Positions 1 through 9,459 are shown, numbered from the stretch's first letter. The stretch is DNA of 14,701 bases from an uncultured Thermococci archaeon (GCA_964549615.1 CAZJVP010000046.1:1-14701), one strand, 5' to 3'. Notes: generated by a model not told the origin, from the sequence alone. Numbers and translations are program-made.

Positions 1-690
<690 letters not shown>

Positions 691-759
691 TAGCGGTCCA
701 GCCCACCCTGCGGCGGAGCCAATTCCGCCGCCAAGAGGGGGCCGAAATCCGTGCAATGC

Positions 760-832
760 GGGCCGGTAGCTCAGGCGGTAGAGCACGGCCTTTGCGAGGC
801 TGAGGCCCCGGGTTCAAGTCCCGGCCGGTCCA
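760..832 (+). tRNA. tRNA-Ala(UGC), intronless, CCA not encoded
   Basis: Cloverleaf: acceptor GGGCCGG/CCGGTCC with the G3:U70 Ala determinant, anticodon stem CGGCC/GGCTG with TGC at 793-795, T arm CCGGG-TTCAAGT-CCCGG, discriminator A832. Confidence 0.98.
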
Positions 833-937
833 CTCCGGCCCGCGAGGAATGTGCAGCTCGGGAGGAAACAGGTCCTCGGACCTGGGCTCACGAGCCAAGA
901 TCTTATCCCCTCTTCCGTTCGAGGGTTCGGTAAGTCA

Positions 938-967
938 TAGGCCCAGTTCGGAGCAATCCGAAGAAGC
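938..967 (+). other. 5' strand of the pre-23S bulge-helix-bulge processing stem
   Basis: TAGGCCCAGTTCG-GAGC-AAT-CCGAAGAAGC pairs with 4029-4058: 13 bp, 3-nt bulge, 4-bp helix, 3-nt bulge, 10 bp. Confidence 0.93.
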
Positions 968-981
968 AAAACTAGTGAGTA

Positions 982-3900
982 GACGCCTTAGGCAATACGC
1001 CGTCTAGGGGATGACTTAGCTCGAGCGTCGACGAAGGGCGTGGCAAGCTGCGATAAGCCCCGGCGAGGCGCAAGCAGCCTTCGAACCGGGGATCCCCGAA
1101 TGAGACTTCTCGCGAGTCCTCTTTCGAGAGACCCGCACTCCGTGAGGAGGGAGAACCCCCTGAAGTGAAACATCTTAGTAAGGGGAGGAAGAGAAAGCAA
1201 TAGCGATGCCCTGAGTAACGGCGAGTGAAAAGGGTAGAGGGCAAACCGAACCCCTTCGGGGGAATGTGGTGTTTGGGCGATCCTCAAGGCTCATCTTGCT
1301 GAAGCTGAAGTTCGCTGGGACGCGACGCCGAAGAGGGTGAAAGCCCCGTAGGCGCAAGGCAGGATGGGTCGGGTCGTTCCAGAGTACCGCGCATCGGATA
1401 TTGCGTGGGAATATGGGAGGCATCAACTCCTAACCCTAAACACGTCTCGAGACTGATAGCGCAGTAGTATCGCGAGAGAAAGATGAAAAGAATCCCGCAA
1501 GGGAGGCGAAAAGAGCCTGAAACTAGACGGCAATAATTTGGCACGGCTCTCAAGAAATGATTCTGGCCGAAGGAGAGGCGCGCGAGCGCCGCGTACGAGG
1601 TCAGATGATCGGGGTTGTGCCGTCCGTTTTGTACCACGGGGCAGGGAGTTTGTGCTCGTGGCGAGGCTAAGAGGATAATCCTCGGAGCCGCAGGGAAACC
1701 GAATGTCCGCAGCCGCAAGGCGAGGGACGGGGTCTGAATAGGGCCCCCAGTCACGGGCACCAGACCCGAAACCGGTTGATCTAGCCCTGGGCAAGGTGAA
1801 GCCAGTCGTCAGATTGGTGGAGGCCTGAAGGGGTTCTGACGTGCAATTCGTTCCCATGACCTGGGGCTAGGCGCGAAAGGCGAATCAAAACCGGAGACAG
1901 CTGGTTCCCCCCGAAGTGTCCCGCAGGACAGCCTGGTGCGAGAGTGGCGGCGATGTAGAGACACTGTTCGGGAAGTCTGGGGAGGAAACTCCTCAGCACC
2001 CTTACAAACTCCGAAGTCGTCGTCCTCGTAGACCACCGGAGTTAGGGGCTGTGGGGTAAGCTTCAGTTCCGAAAGGGGACGAACCCGGACCGGGGTTAAA
2101 GCCTCCCAATGCCGGCTAAGTACAAACTGAAAGGCGTCCCTAGCCACAGACAGCGGGAAGGTAGGCTTAGAAGCTGCCATCCTTTAAAGAGTGGGTAACA
2201 CCTCACCCGTCGAGGTTGGGGGCCCTGAAAATGGACGAGGTTGAAGCCGGCTGCTGATACCCCGGAGCCGCGAAAGCGGTTGGTAGGGGGGCGTCCTGCG
2301 CGGGAAGAAGTTCGGTCGTGAGATCGAGTGGACCGCGTGGGAATGCAGATCCTGCTGGTAGTAGCAGCAAAGCGGGGTGAGAATCCCCGCCGCCGAAAGG
2401 GCAAGGGTTTCGTGGCAATGATCGTCAGCCACGAGTTAGTCGGTCCTAAGGGAAGCCTTAATACGGCCAGCCCGAAAGGGAAACCGGTTAATATTCCGGT
2501 ACCACGTGGGTACGTGCGGCAACGCTAAGCCCGGTGCCTGACGCCTCCGGATAGGCTGAGTGGGGCCGTCGCTCCATCCAATGGATCAAACCTGGGGAGT
2601 ACCGTAATGGTGAGAACCAGGCGAAGTCCTGAGTGGCTCCTCGCCCTTATAGAGGAGTTCGGCTGATTCCAGGGGCCCGTGAAAAGGGAACCGGGAAGGA
2701 TCCCACGTGACCGTACCAAGATCCGGCACAGGTGCCCCTAGGTGAGAAGCCTAAGGCGTGTCGGGAGACACCAGCCGAGGGAACTCGGCAAACTGGCCCC
2801 GTAACTTCGGGAAAAGGGGTGCCTGCCCCGCGAGGGACAGGTCGCAGTGACCAGTGCAGTCCGACTGTTTAATAAAAACACAGGTTCCGGCAAGCCCGAA
2901 AGGGTGTGTACCGGAGCTGAGTCGTTCCCACTGCCGGAATGTCAAGCGCGGTTCCAACCGCGTTAAGCACCGGTGAAGGGAGGGGATAACTATGATCCTC
3001 TAAAGGTAGCGTAATCCCTTGTCGCTCAATTGGCGACCCGCATGATAGATTAACGAGACTGCAGCTGTCCCCGGCTGGAACCCGGCGAACCACACGAATC
3101 CGGAAGAACACGCCGGATACCCCCAAAGGGTCACTAAGACCCCGTGGAGCTTTACTGCAGCTTTCTGCTGTGATGCGGATTTTGATGCAGAGCGTAGGTA
3201 GGAGCCGTCTGACGTCCGCGCTTTCGGGCGCGGTCTAGGCGATAATGGAACACTACTCTTCAGTATCTGCATCACTAACCCGGCCAAAAGCCGGGGACAC
3301 CAGGAGGTGGGCAGTTTGGGTGGGGCGCCACGCCCCTGAAAAGATATCAGGGGCGCCCAAAGGTCGGCTCAGGCGGGACAGAACTCCGCCGTGGAGTGCA
3401 AGGGCAAAAGCCGGCCTGACTGGATTCCGCCCAGCAAGGAATCCAGACGTGAAAACGTGGCCTAGCGATCTTCACTGCCTCATCGATGGGGGCGTGAAGT
3501 GTCAGAAAAGCTACCCCGGGGATAACTGGCTTGTCGCAGGCAAGAGTTCATATCGCCCCTGCTTGGTTGGTACTTCGCTGTCGGCTCTTCCTATCCCGGA
3601 CGTGCAGCAGCGTCCAAGGGTGGGGTTGTACGCCCATTAAAAGGGAACGTGAGCTGGGTTTAAACCGTCGCGAGCCAGGTTGGATGCTAACCGTTGGGGG
3701 TGCTGGTCGTCTGAGGGGAAGGTGCCCCCAGTACGAGAGGAACAGGGCGCCGGCGCCACTGGTGTACCGGTTGTCCGACAGGGCACTGCCGGGTAGCTAC
3801 GCGCCAGCAGATAAGAGCTGAAAGCATCTAGGCTCGAAGCTGCCCCCGAACAATAGACGGCCAATCGGGCCAATAGCTCGGGATCGGCGACGATCACGAG

Positions 3901-4015
3901 GGCCAAAGACGAAGGTTCTCGCCAGAAGACGAGGTTGATGGGGCAGGGGTGTACGCACCAAGGGCAACCGAGGTGTTCAGCCCACTGCTACCAATCACCT
4001 GAGCGCCGCCGCGTC
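982..4015 (+). rRNA. rrl: 23S rRNA, archaeal (ends approximate), no obvious intron
   Basis: GCAAGCTGCGATAAGC near the start, GAAGTGAAACATCTTAGTA, PTC GGGATAAC (~3519-3526), GTGAGCTGGGTTTA, sarcin-ricin loop AGTACGAGAGGAAC (3730-3743). Ends estimated from GACGC(982-986)/GCGTC(4011-4015) pairing. Confidence 0.98.
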
Positions 4016-4028
4016 GAAAGCTGGTCGA

Positions 4029-4058
4029 GCTTCTTCGGGCTCTGACGAACTGGGCCTA
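4029..4058 (+). other. 3' strand of the pre-23S bulge-helix-bulge processing stem
   Basis: GCTTCTTCGG-GCTC-TGA-CGAACTGGGCCTA is complementary to 938-967 apart from the two 3-nt bulges. Confidence 0.93.
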
Positions 4059-4061
4059 CGA

Positions 4062-4080
4062 TTCGTTTTTCTCGGTTCTC
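4062..4080 (+). terminator. Putative pyrimidine-rich (T-tract) terminator of the rRNA operon
   Basis: TTCGTTTTTCTCGGTTCTC immediately after the processing stem; archaeal termination occurs at U-rich tracts. Confidence 0.45.
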
Positions 4081-4419
4081 GGTCGCGATCTTGCTCCATG
4101 AGTGGCACACCCAGCCTCCGAAAACTTCCTTGGAGACCTTGGAGGTAGCGCACACAAGAAGCGGGAGGCGATGCAAACGACCCCGTTGCTACCCTCGGCA
4201 GATGAAACCGTCGAGACGAACCTCTAGGCAGGCTTTCTAGGAAGGTGGACGCGGGGTAGGATCTCTAGTGCGTAGAACGTTTTGTGCCGCATCTTGCGTG
4301 GCCATCCGCACGTAGATTGGATCCCATCGACCGAGAGGCAGGATGCTGAGGCTCCCTGTCCATCTTTGCCATCGACCTCGGAATTTCGTCCGTTTCCCCG
4401 CAGAGAGGTGTGCTTCCTG

Positions 4420-4450
4420 GGAAAAGCTAATAAGTACCTGTACGTATATT
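4420..4450 (+). promoter_or_regulatory. Putative BRE/TATA promoter of vapBC with a near-palindromic operator candidate
   Basis: GAAAAGCTAATAAGTA ~25 bp upstream of ATG 4456 (suggests leaderless mRNA); TGTACGTATA near-palindrome at 4439-4448. Confidence 0.5.
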
Positions 4451-4455
4451 GCCTT

Positions 4456-4728
4456 ATGGTCCATATGACGCTTGATATTCCAAAGGACCTCCACGATCGG
4501 ATGAAGAAGCACCCGGAGATCAAGTGGAGCGAGGTCGCAAGAAGATCCATCACGGAATACCTGGCGGAACTCGCCGATAAGATCAGCGGCGGCGAATTGG
4601 CTGACCTGCTGAAGAAGGATACTGTTGAAGCCATCAAATCCCTCAAGGAGGACGAGATAGCGGAAACTTATCGCGAGGCGGTGAGGCTCGAATGGGAGAG
4701 AATGAAATCCTTGACACGAGCCTGTTGA
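4456..4728 (+). CDS. vapB: Ribbon-helix-helix (CopG-like) antitoxin, 90 aa
   Basis: MVHMTLDIPKDLHDRMKKHPEIKWSEVARRSI is a typical archaeal RHH antitoxin N-terminus; acidic C-terminus; overlaps a PIN gene. Start moved from 4282 to ATG 4456. Confidence 0.85.
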   Translation: MVHMTLDIPKDLHDRMKKHPEIKWSEVARRSITEYLAELADKISGGELADLLKKDTVEAIKSLKEDEIAETYREAVRLEWERMKSLTRAC

Positions 4729-5006
4729 TCGAGGGTGAGAGGGGCACCGCCACCATCTTCAGCGCGGTTGAGTATCCCAAGGCAGTCCAACCGGATAATG
4801 ACTTCATCTTCCCGACGAAGAGAGATTTCCTACTCTCAATCGAGATTGCCACCGCCCTCCTCCGCAAGGGAAAGCCCCTGCCAGCGGTTGACGTGGTCGT
4901 GGCATCCATGTGTCTAAACCGGAATGCGGCCCTGAGGACTCGGGACTCGCACTTCAAGGTGATCCAAGAGCTGTATCCCGCCTTCGAGCTTCGGCTCGAG
5001 GAGTAG
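4692..5006 (+). CDS. vapC: PIN-domain ribonuclease toxin, 104 aa
   Basis: PIN acidic motifs ILDTS, AVEY, LPAVDVVVA and LRTRDSHF; overlaps the antitoxin by 37 bp. Confidence 0.88.
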   Translation: MGENEILDTSLLIEGERGTATIFSAVEYPKAVQPDNDFIFPTKRDFLLSIEIATALLRKGKPLPAVDVVVASMCLNRNAALRTRDSHFKVIQELYPAFELRLEE

Positions 5007-5474
5007 GTCGGAGCCCGGTCGCATGATGTGGTGGTCCGGTAGATGCTCATATCGCATCGGCACTCGCGCCGACCTCTTGGCACCCGGTCAGGGGAGTGTG
5101 TATCCGTTGCTGATTCTCCTTGGCCAAAGGGCCACAGCGATGTTCTTGAGGAAGAGCAAGACGTGCTACAGCAGCGCGCCATAGCTTGGTCAAAGTGGAT
5201 CTGCATGGCCCGCCTGGTCTCAGCCCATGGACAAGACCGACTAGGGCCGGGTCGGCATCGCAGGGGGATGTGTTGAGGATTCGGCGGTGAACCAGCCTAG
5301 GAGCGCCTGCATGCCCGTACCATCCCCGTGAGCGGGGCACCGATCCTCCTGGCACCCTCCCCGCCCGGGCGAAACTGCACAAGAACCTGAACGTCGCGAC
5401 ACGCAGCCGAACTTCTTGGCACGATCACGGGGCCCAGATGCATTCCGCTTGCATTCCCGCCTGCTTGGGTGCCG

Positions 5475-5506
5475 TTCACGACTGCATGCCTTCACGACTG
5501 CATGCC
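5475..5506. repeat. Perfect 16-bp tandem duplication
   Basis: TTCACGACTGCATGCC at 5475-5490 and 5491-5506. Confidence 0.9.
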
Positions 5507-5541
5507 ATCCATCCCGGGCTTGATCCCGGGCGCGGATCTTG

Positions 5542-5890
5542 GGCCGGGTCGGAGGAGTAAGCCCCCTTCTGTTCCCCGCGGAGGGTTGCCCCGCCGCGGC
5601 CTGCGGCATTGAACTGCGCGCCGTACCCAGGCCTCATCCGGCGCTCATCGGCCTCGTTTCGGCTTGCTCCTGCGAAGGTTCGCCGTTCCATCGAATCCGC
5701 CGACGTCGTCCGGGGCGTTTCCCTGGTCGCCCTGGGATCTATCCCCATCATGCCCACCTGCCGGCGGCCGTGTCGTTTCTGTTCCAGAGCTCGGGATCTC
5801 TCCCGGTGGCTTTCCTCCACTCGCATCTCCGGACGGAGGGGGGACTTTCCTCGGTGCACATGCCCGATGGCCGCTCTCTCCCTCCCGGCC
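5542..5890 (-). ncRNA. rnpB: RNase P RNA (archaeal, type A-like, ~349 nt)
   Basis: Minus strand shows CR-I GAGGAAAGUCCCCC, CR-II ACAGAAAC, CR-III UGGAAC, GGAGCAAG, CR-IV-like AGUUCAAUG and CR-V GAACAGAAGGGGGCUUA; P1 ends GGCCGGG/CCCGGCC; P2 GCGGC/GCCGC. Confidence 0.94.
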
Positions 5891-5914
5891 ATGATCGGAT
5901 TGGCATCCGGGTAC

Positions 5915-7273
5915 TTATCTGTTGCGTTTCCTGCGTTTGGAAACCGCCTTCGAGGGGCGTGCTTGAAGCTTCCCCACACACGCCCTGACGTGAGCCGGCA
6001 GGCCCTCGGCGGTTCCGAGCAGCGAGACGATCTCGCAAACGCCTCTGAGTGCCTTCGGATCCAGGGCCCCGATCGTGCTGGCTTTGAGGAAGTCCCTGGC
6101 CGTCAAGCCTGAGAACGCCCTCGCCGATCCCCCCGTAGGAAGGACGGCGGTCAGGCCCATGGCGTAGTTGGCGGCGGAAAAAGGTGTCGACTGGCCCAAT
6201 AGGATCTCGCCCGCGTTTCTGATCATGCCGAGCATCCTCATGCTTTCTCGCCTGCCGAGCGCGATCTGCAGGTGCTCTGGGGCGTAGGAGTTGACGAACT
6301 CGGCCGCCTCGGACTTGGACGATACAAGCACGATCATACCACGCGCGGAAAGGGCCTCCTCCACGTATCCCTTCCTGGGCTCGTCCAACTCCTGAGCAAG
6401 GCGAGCGATCTCGGCCGAAACCTGTGCGGCAAGCCCGGGGGAGTCGGTGACCAGGACGGCCGACGAGTCGGGTCCGTGTTCACACTCGTTCAGAAGGTCC
6501 GCCGCAACCTGGCCCGGGTCGGACGACTCGTCCGCAATCACCATGCACTCGCTGGGACCCATGAGCGGGCCCGTCCTCACGCCGTAGATGCCCACGTACC
6601 CCATGGCAGCGTTGATCGCCGGGGGCCCCGGACCGTAGATAGCATCGACCCGCGGTACCGACTCGGTTCCAAACGCCATAGCGGCGATGAGCGCAACCCC
6701 ATTCCCCCTGAACACGCGCGAAACGCCCGAGATTGCAGCTGCTGCGAGGGTCGCCGGGTCCATGCTTCCGTCCTTCCTCGGAGGCCCGGCAGCCACGATC
6801 TCCTCAACGCCCGCAACCGATGCGGGAACCGCGAGCATCAGCATCGTCGAGGCGAGAGGGCCTTTCCGACACGGAACCCACAGCCCCGCCGAGGAAAGGG
6901 GAGTCCACTTCTCGCCCACCTCTATCCAGGGATCCAACGCGTCCATCCACTGGGAGCGCCCCCGGATCAGCCTCCTGTTCAGCTTGGCAATCCTGCCCCT
7001 CGCCTTTCGCATGGCCCAGGCCAGACGGGCAGGAAGGCCGGCCTTGGCCGATTCGATCTCGGATGCCTCAACTTCCAAGGAGGAAAGCTCCACCGAGTCC
7101 CACTTCGCCGTGGCGTCGTACACGGCGCGATCCCCCCTCTTCCGCACGTCCTCGACGATCTGAGCGACGGACTGTATGAGCTCGGGAGTCACCTGGGAGG
7201 ATCGGCTGGCCATCCTCGTCGCTATTTCCTCTCGGTCGCGCCTGTGATCAAGGATCTTGACTAGGTCCTTCAC
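5915..7273 (-). CDS. Histidinol dehydrogenase-like protein (non-canonical HisD paralog)
   Basis: HisD fold motifs VRKRGDRA, GPSE, DLLxxxEHG, APEHL, VLPTGG and AEGLPAH, but several substrate/Zn ligands are substituted; GTG start. Confidence 0.88.
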   Translation of the reverse strand: MKDLVKILDHRRDREEIATRMASRSSQVTPELIQSVAQIVEDVRKRGDRAVYDATAKWDSVELSSLEVEASEIESAKAGLPARLAWAMRKARGRIAKLNRRLIRGRSQWMDALDPWIEVGEKWTPLSSAGLWVPCRKGPLASTMLMLAVPASVAGVEEIVAAGPPRKDGSMDPATLAAAAISGVSRVFRGNGVALIAAMAFGTESVPRVDAIYGPGPPAINAAMGYVGIYGVRTGPLMGPSECMVIADESSDPGQVAADLLNECEHGPDSSAVLVTDSPGLAAQVSAEIARLAQELDEPRKGYVEEALSARGMIVLVSSKSEAAEFVNSYAPEHLQIALGRRESMRMLGMIRNAGEILLGQSTPFSAANYAMGLTAVLPTGGSARAFSGLTARDFLKASTIGALDPKALRGVCEIVSLLGTAEGLPAHVRACVGKLQARPSKAVSKRRKRNR

Positions 7274-7316
7274 GCCTCTTTGCTTCCGTGAAGGCTTTTC
7301 AGCTTCCAGGCCGGCG

Positions 7317-8279
7317 TCAGGCCCACCACATTGCCCCTGCCTTCTCTGCTATGACCGCTTCCTTGAGGGCGGTGAAGGCCTTCCTGAAGCCCTCCTCGGC
7401 CGACATCAGGCTGTCCTCGTGTTCGATGCTCAGGACGTAGTCGTAGCCGACGAGCCTCAGCTCGCTCACGAACCTCCTCCACCAGTCAACGGGGTGCCCG
7501 TAGCCAACGGTCCTGAATATCCATGAGCGGTCGATCTCCCGGCCGTAGGGCTTGGTGTCAAGGACCCCGTTGACCTCGGTATTGACGGGATCGATTGCGG
7601 TGTCTTTGGCGTGGACGTGGAATATCGCCTTCCCAAGGGCCCTGACCGCCCGCAGGGGATCTATGCCCTGCCAGAAGAGGTGCGACGGGTCAAGGTTGGC
7701 GCCGACCACCCTGCCGACCTCCTTCCTCAGACGCAGGAGGGTTTCGGTGTTGTAGACCACGAAGCCTGGATGCATCTCGAAGCAGAGCTTGACGCCGTGC
7801 GCCTCCGCGAAGTCGGCCGCCTTCTTCCAGTAGGGGATGACCTTCTCCTTCCACTGCCACTCCACGATCTTGGAGAAGTCGTCCGGCCAGGGGCAGGTAA
7901 CCCAGTTGGGGTACTTCGAGCCCTCGGGGTCGCCCGGGCACCCGGAGAAGCCGATCACGCGGTCCACGCCGAGCTTCTCGGCCAGCAACACGGTGTCCTC
8001 GAACACCGCGTGATGCGCCTTCGCAATCGCATCCTGTGGGTGGAGGGGATTGCCGTGGCAGCTCAGCGCGCTGATGATCATGCCTCTGTCCTTGACCGCC
8101 TTCAGCAAAGCTTGAGCCGCCGAATCGTTTGCCAGGAGCTTCTTCGGATCGCAGTGCGCGTTTCCGGGATAGTTGCCGGTTCCGAGCTCCACCGCCTCAG
8201 CACCGACATTCCTGATGTAGTCCAGCGCCTTCTCCAACGGCATTTGTTGGAAAAGGACGGTCAGAACGCCTATCTTCAA
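7317..8279 (-). CDS. Sugar phosphate isomerase/epimerase family (xylose-isomerase-like TIM barrel, AP_endonuc_2), 320 aa
   Basis: Metal-binding motifs EMHP, NLDPSH, HVHAKD and SIEHED; SCHGNPLHP, FSGCPG and C-terminal MWWA. Start moved to TTG 8279, which is preceded by SD GGAGGAG. Confidence 0.9.
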   Translation of the reverse strand: MKIGVLTVLFQQMPLEKALDYIRNVGAEAVELGTGNYPGNAHCDPKKLLANDSAAQALLKAVKDRGMIISALSCHGNPLHPQDAIAKAHHAVFEDTVLLAEKLGVDRVIGFSGCPGDPEGSKYPNWVTCPWPDDFSKIVEWQWKEKVIPYWKKAADFAEAHGVKLCFEMHPGFVVYNTETLLRLRKEVGRVVGANLDPSHLFWQGIDPLRAVRALGKAIFHVHAKDTAIDPVNTEVNGVLDTKPYGREIDRSWIFRTVGYGHPVDWWRRFVSELRLVGYDYVLSIEHEDSLMSAEEGFRKAFTALKEAVIAEKAGAMWWA

Positions 8280-8326
8280 GCCATCTCCTCCCCGCTTCTC
8301 GAGCGTCAGGGCGATCCCCCGCGCCC

Positions 8327-8445
8327 GCAATATATCTTTTTTGTTTTGGTTTTGATTCAAGATCCGGGTTGCAGGCTCCGCCTTGAATCCTCCCGAGGGC
8401 AAAACGTGCCCAGTCGAATCCCAAACGGGCAAAGATATCAACGGG
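8327..8445. promoter_or_regulatory. Divergent promoter region between the epimerase and dehydrogenase genes
   Basis: AT-rich island CAATATATCTTTTTTGTTTTGGTTTTG and AAAGATATCAA within GC-rich DNA, between head-to-head genes. Confidence 0.5.
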
Positions 8446-8463
8446 GCGGTCGGACCGAATCCG

Positions 8464-9459
8464 ATGTTGGCGGCGTTCTCAGGCGGAGGGAAGATCTCAC
8501 TTCGAGAAACCCCGCTTCCAGTTCCCGGGCAAGGGGAGGCCCTGATCGCAGTGAGAGCGGTGGGCATCTGCGAGACCGATGTGCACATCACGCTCAGAGA
8601 TCCGGCCGCGCAGCCGAGGATCATGGGGCATGAGTGGTCAGGAGTCGTCGAGGAGGCGCCCAGCGTTCAGGGGGTCAGGCGTGGATCCCGGGTGGTCGGC
8701 GAGGGGATGGTCTACTGTGGAGCCTGCCGCATGTGCCTCAAGGGAAAGGTCAACCTGTGCGATTCCTACAGAGAGATCGGATTCAGCCTGCCGGGAGCCT
8801 ATGCCGAGTACTTGACGGTGCCGGCGCGCAACCTTCATGAGATTCCGCCAAGCATGACCTTCGAGCAGGCGGCAATGGTCGAACCCACCGCGGTGGCGCT
8901 CCATGCCCTACAGCTGTCCGGCATTTGTGCGCACGATAGCCTGGCCGTCCTTGGCCCGGGCCCGATAGGGCTGTTGGCGATCCAGATCGCCTCCGCCAAG
9001 GGTGCAGCCCCCATCGTGCTTACCGGCACGAGGGAGAACCGGCTTTCTCTGGGATCCAAGCTCGGGGCAGACAAGACCATCAACGTGACCCAAACCGATC
9101 CCGTGCAGGGCGTGAGGCGCGAGACCGGGGGAGGCCCGGACATAGTCCTAGATGCCGCAGGGACCCGATCGTCATTCGATCAAGCGGTGAGAATGGTGAG
9201 GAAGGGCGGCACGGTCGTCCTGGTCGGCGGATGGGAGGGGGTTGAGTTCGAGCCAGGGGTGCTCATCGCGAAGGAAATGACCCTGAAGGGATCGCTGGCA
9301 AGCCCTAGGGCATGGAGGGAGTCGATAGAGCTCGTTTCATCGGGGAGGGTGAAGGTTGAGCCGCTCATAACCCACAGGTTCAGGCTCACCGAGATCGCCC
9401 AAGCCTTCGACGTCGTCCAACGAAAGCAGGACGTCATCAAGGCCATCGTGCTGCCCTAG
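8464..9459 (+). CDS. Zn-dependent medium-chain dehydrogenase (sorbitol/threonine dehydrogenase-like), ~331 aa
   Basis: GICETD, GHE, structural Zn motif CGACRMC-x7-C, VEP and Rossmann GPGPIG. Start placed at ATG 8464. Confidence 0.92.
   Translation: MLAAFSGGGKISLRETPLPVPGQGEALIAVRAVGICETDVHITLRDPAAQPRIMGHEWSGVVEEAPSVQGVRRGSRVVGEGMVYCGACRMCLKGKVNLCDSYREIGFSLPGAYAEYLTVPARNLHEIPPSMTFEQAAMVEPTAVALHALQLSGICAHDSLAVLGPGPIGLLAIQIASAKGAAPIVLTGTRENRLSLGSKLGADKTINVTQTDPVQGVRRETGGGPDIVLDAAGTRSSFDQAVRMVRKGGTVVLVGGWEGVEFEPGVLIAKEMTLKGSLASPRAWRESIELVSSGRVKVEPLITHRFRLTEIAQAFDVVQRKQDVIKAIVLP

Noticed and set aside
4059-4420. Possible 5S rRNA, tRNA or gene after the 23S
   Set aside because: No 5S or tRNA motifs on either strand and no convincing ORF.
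5043-5276. 77-aa ORF downstream of vapC
   Set aside because: No recognisable domain or clear translation signal; a decayed gene cannot be excluded without a search.
5475-5506. Repeat as a CRISPR remnant
   Set aside because: Only two adjacent 16-bp copies, no spacer and no cas genes.
5476-6112. Several overlapping 76-167 aa ORFs
   Set aside because: They overlie the RNase P RNA and have R/P/G/S-rich non-coding composition.
8397-8432. GGGCAAA motif shared with the 12312/12429 intergenic sites as a common regulon signal
   Set aside because: A 7-mer is too short to distinguish from chance without genome-wide statistics.
8280-8624. N-terminal extensions of ORFs 7317-8624 and 8383-9459 (likewise 4282, 10706, 12336)
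   Set aside because: The extensions overlap promoters or opposite-strand genes; family similarity begins at the downstream starts used above.
6272-8633. Long plus-strand ORFs 6272-7264 and 7611-8633
   Set aside because: Antisense mirrors of well-supported minus-strand genes, expected with high GC at third codon positions.
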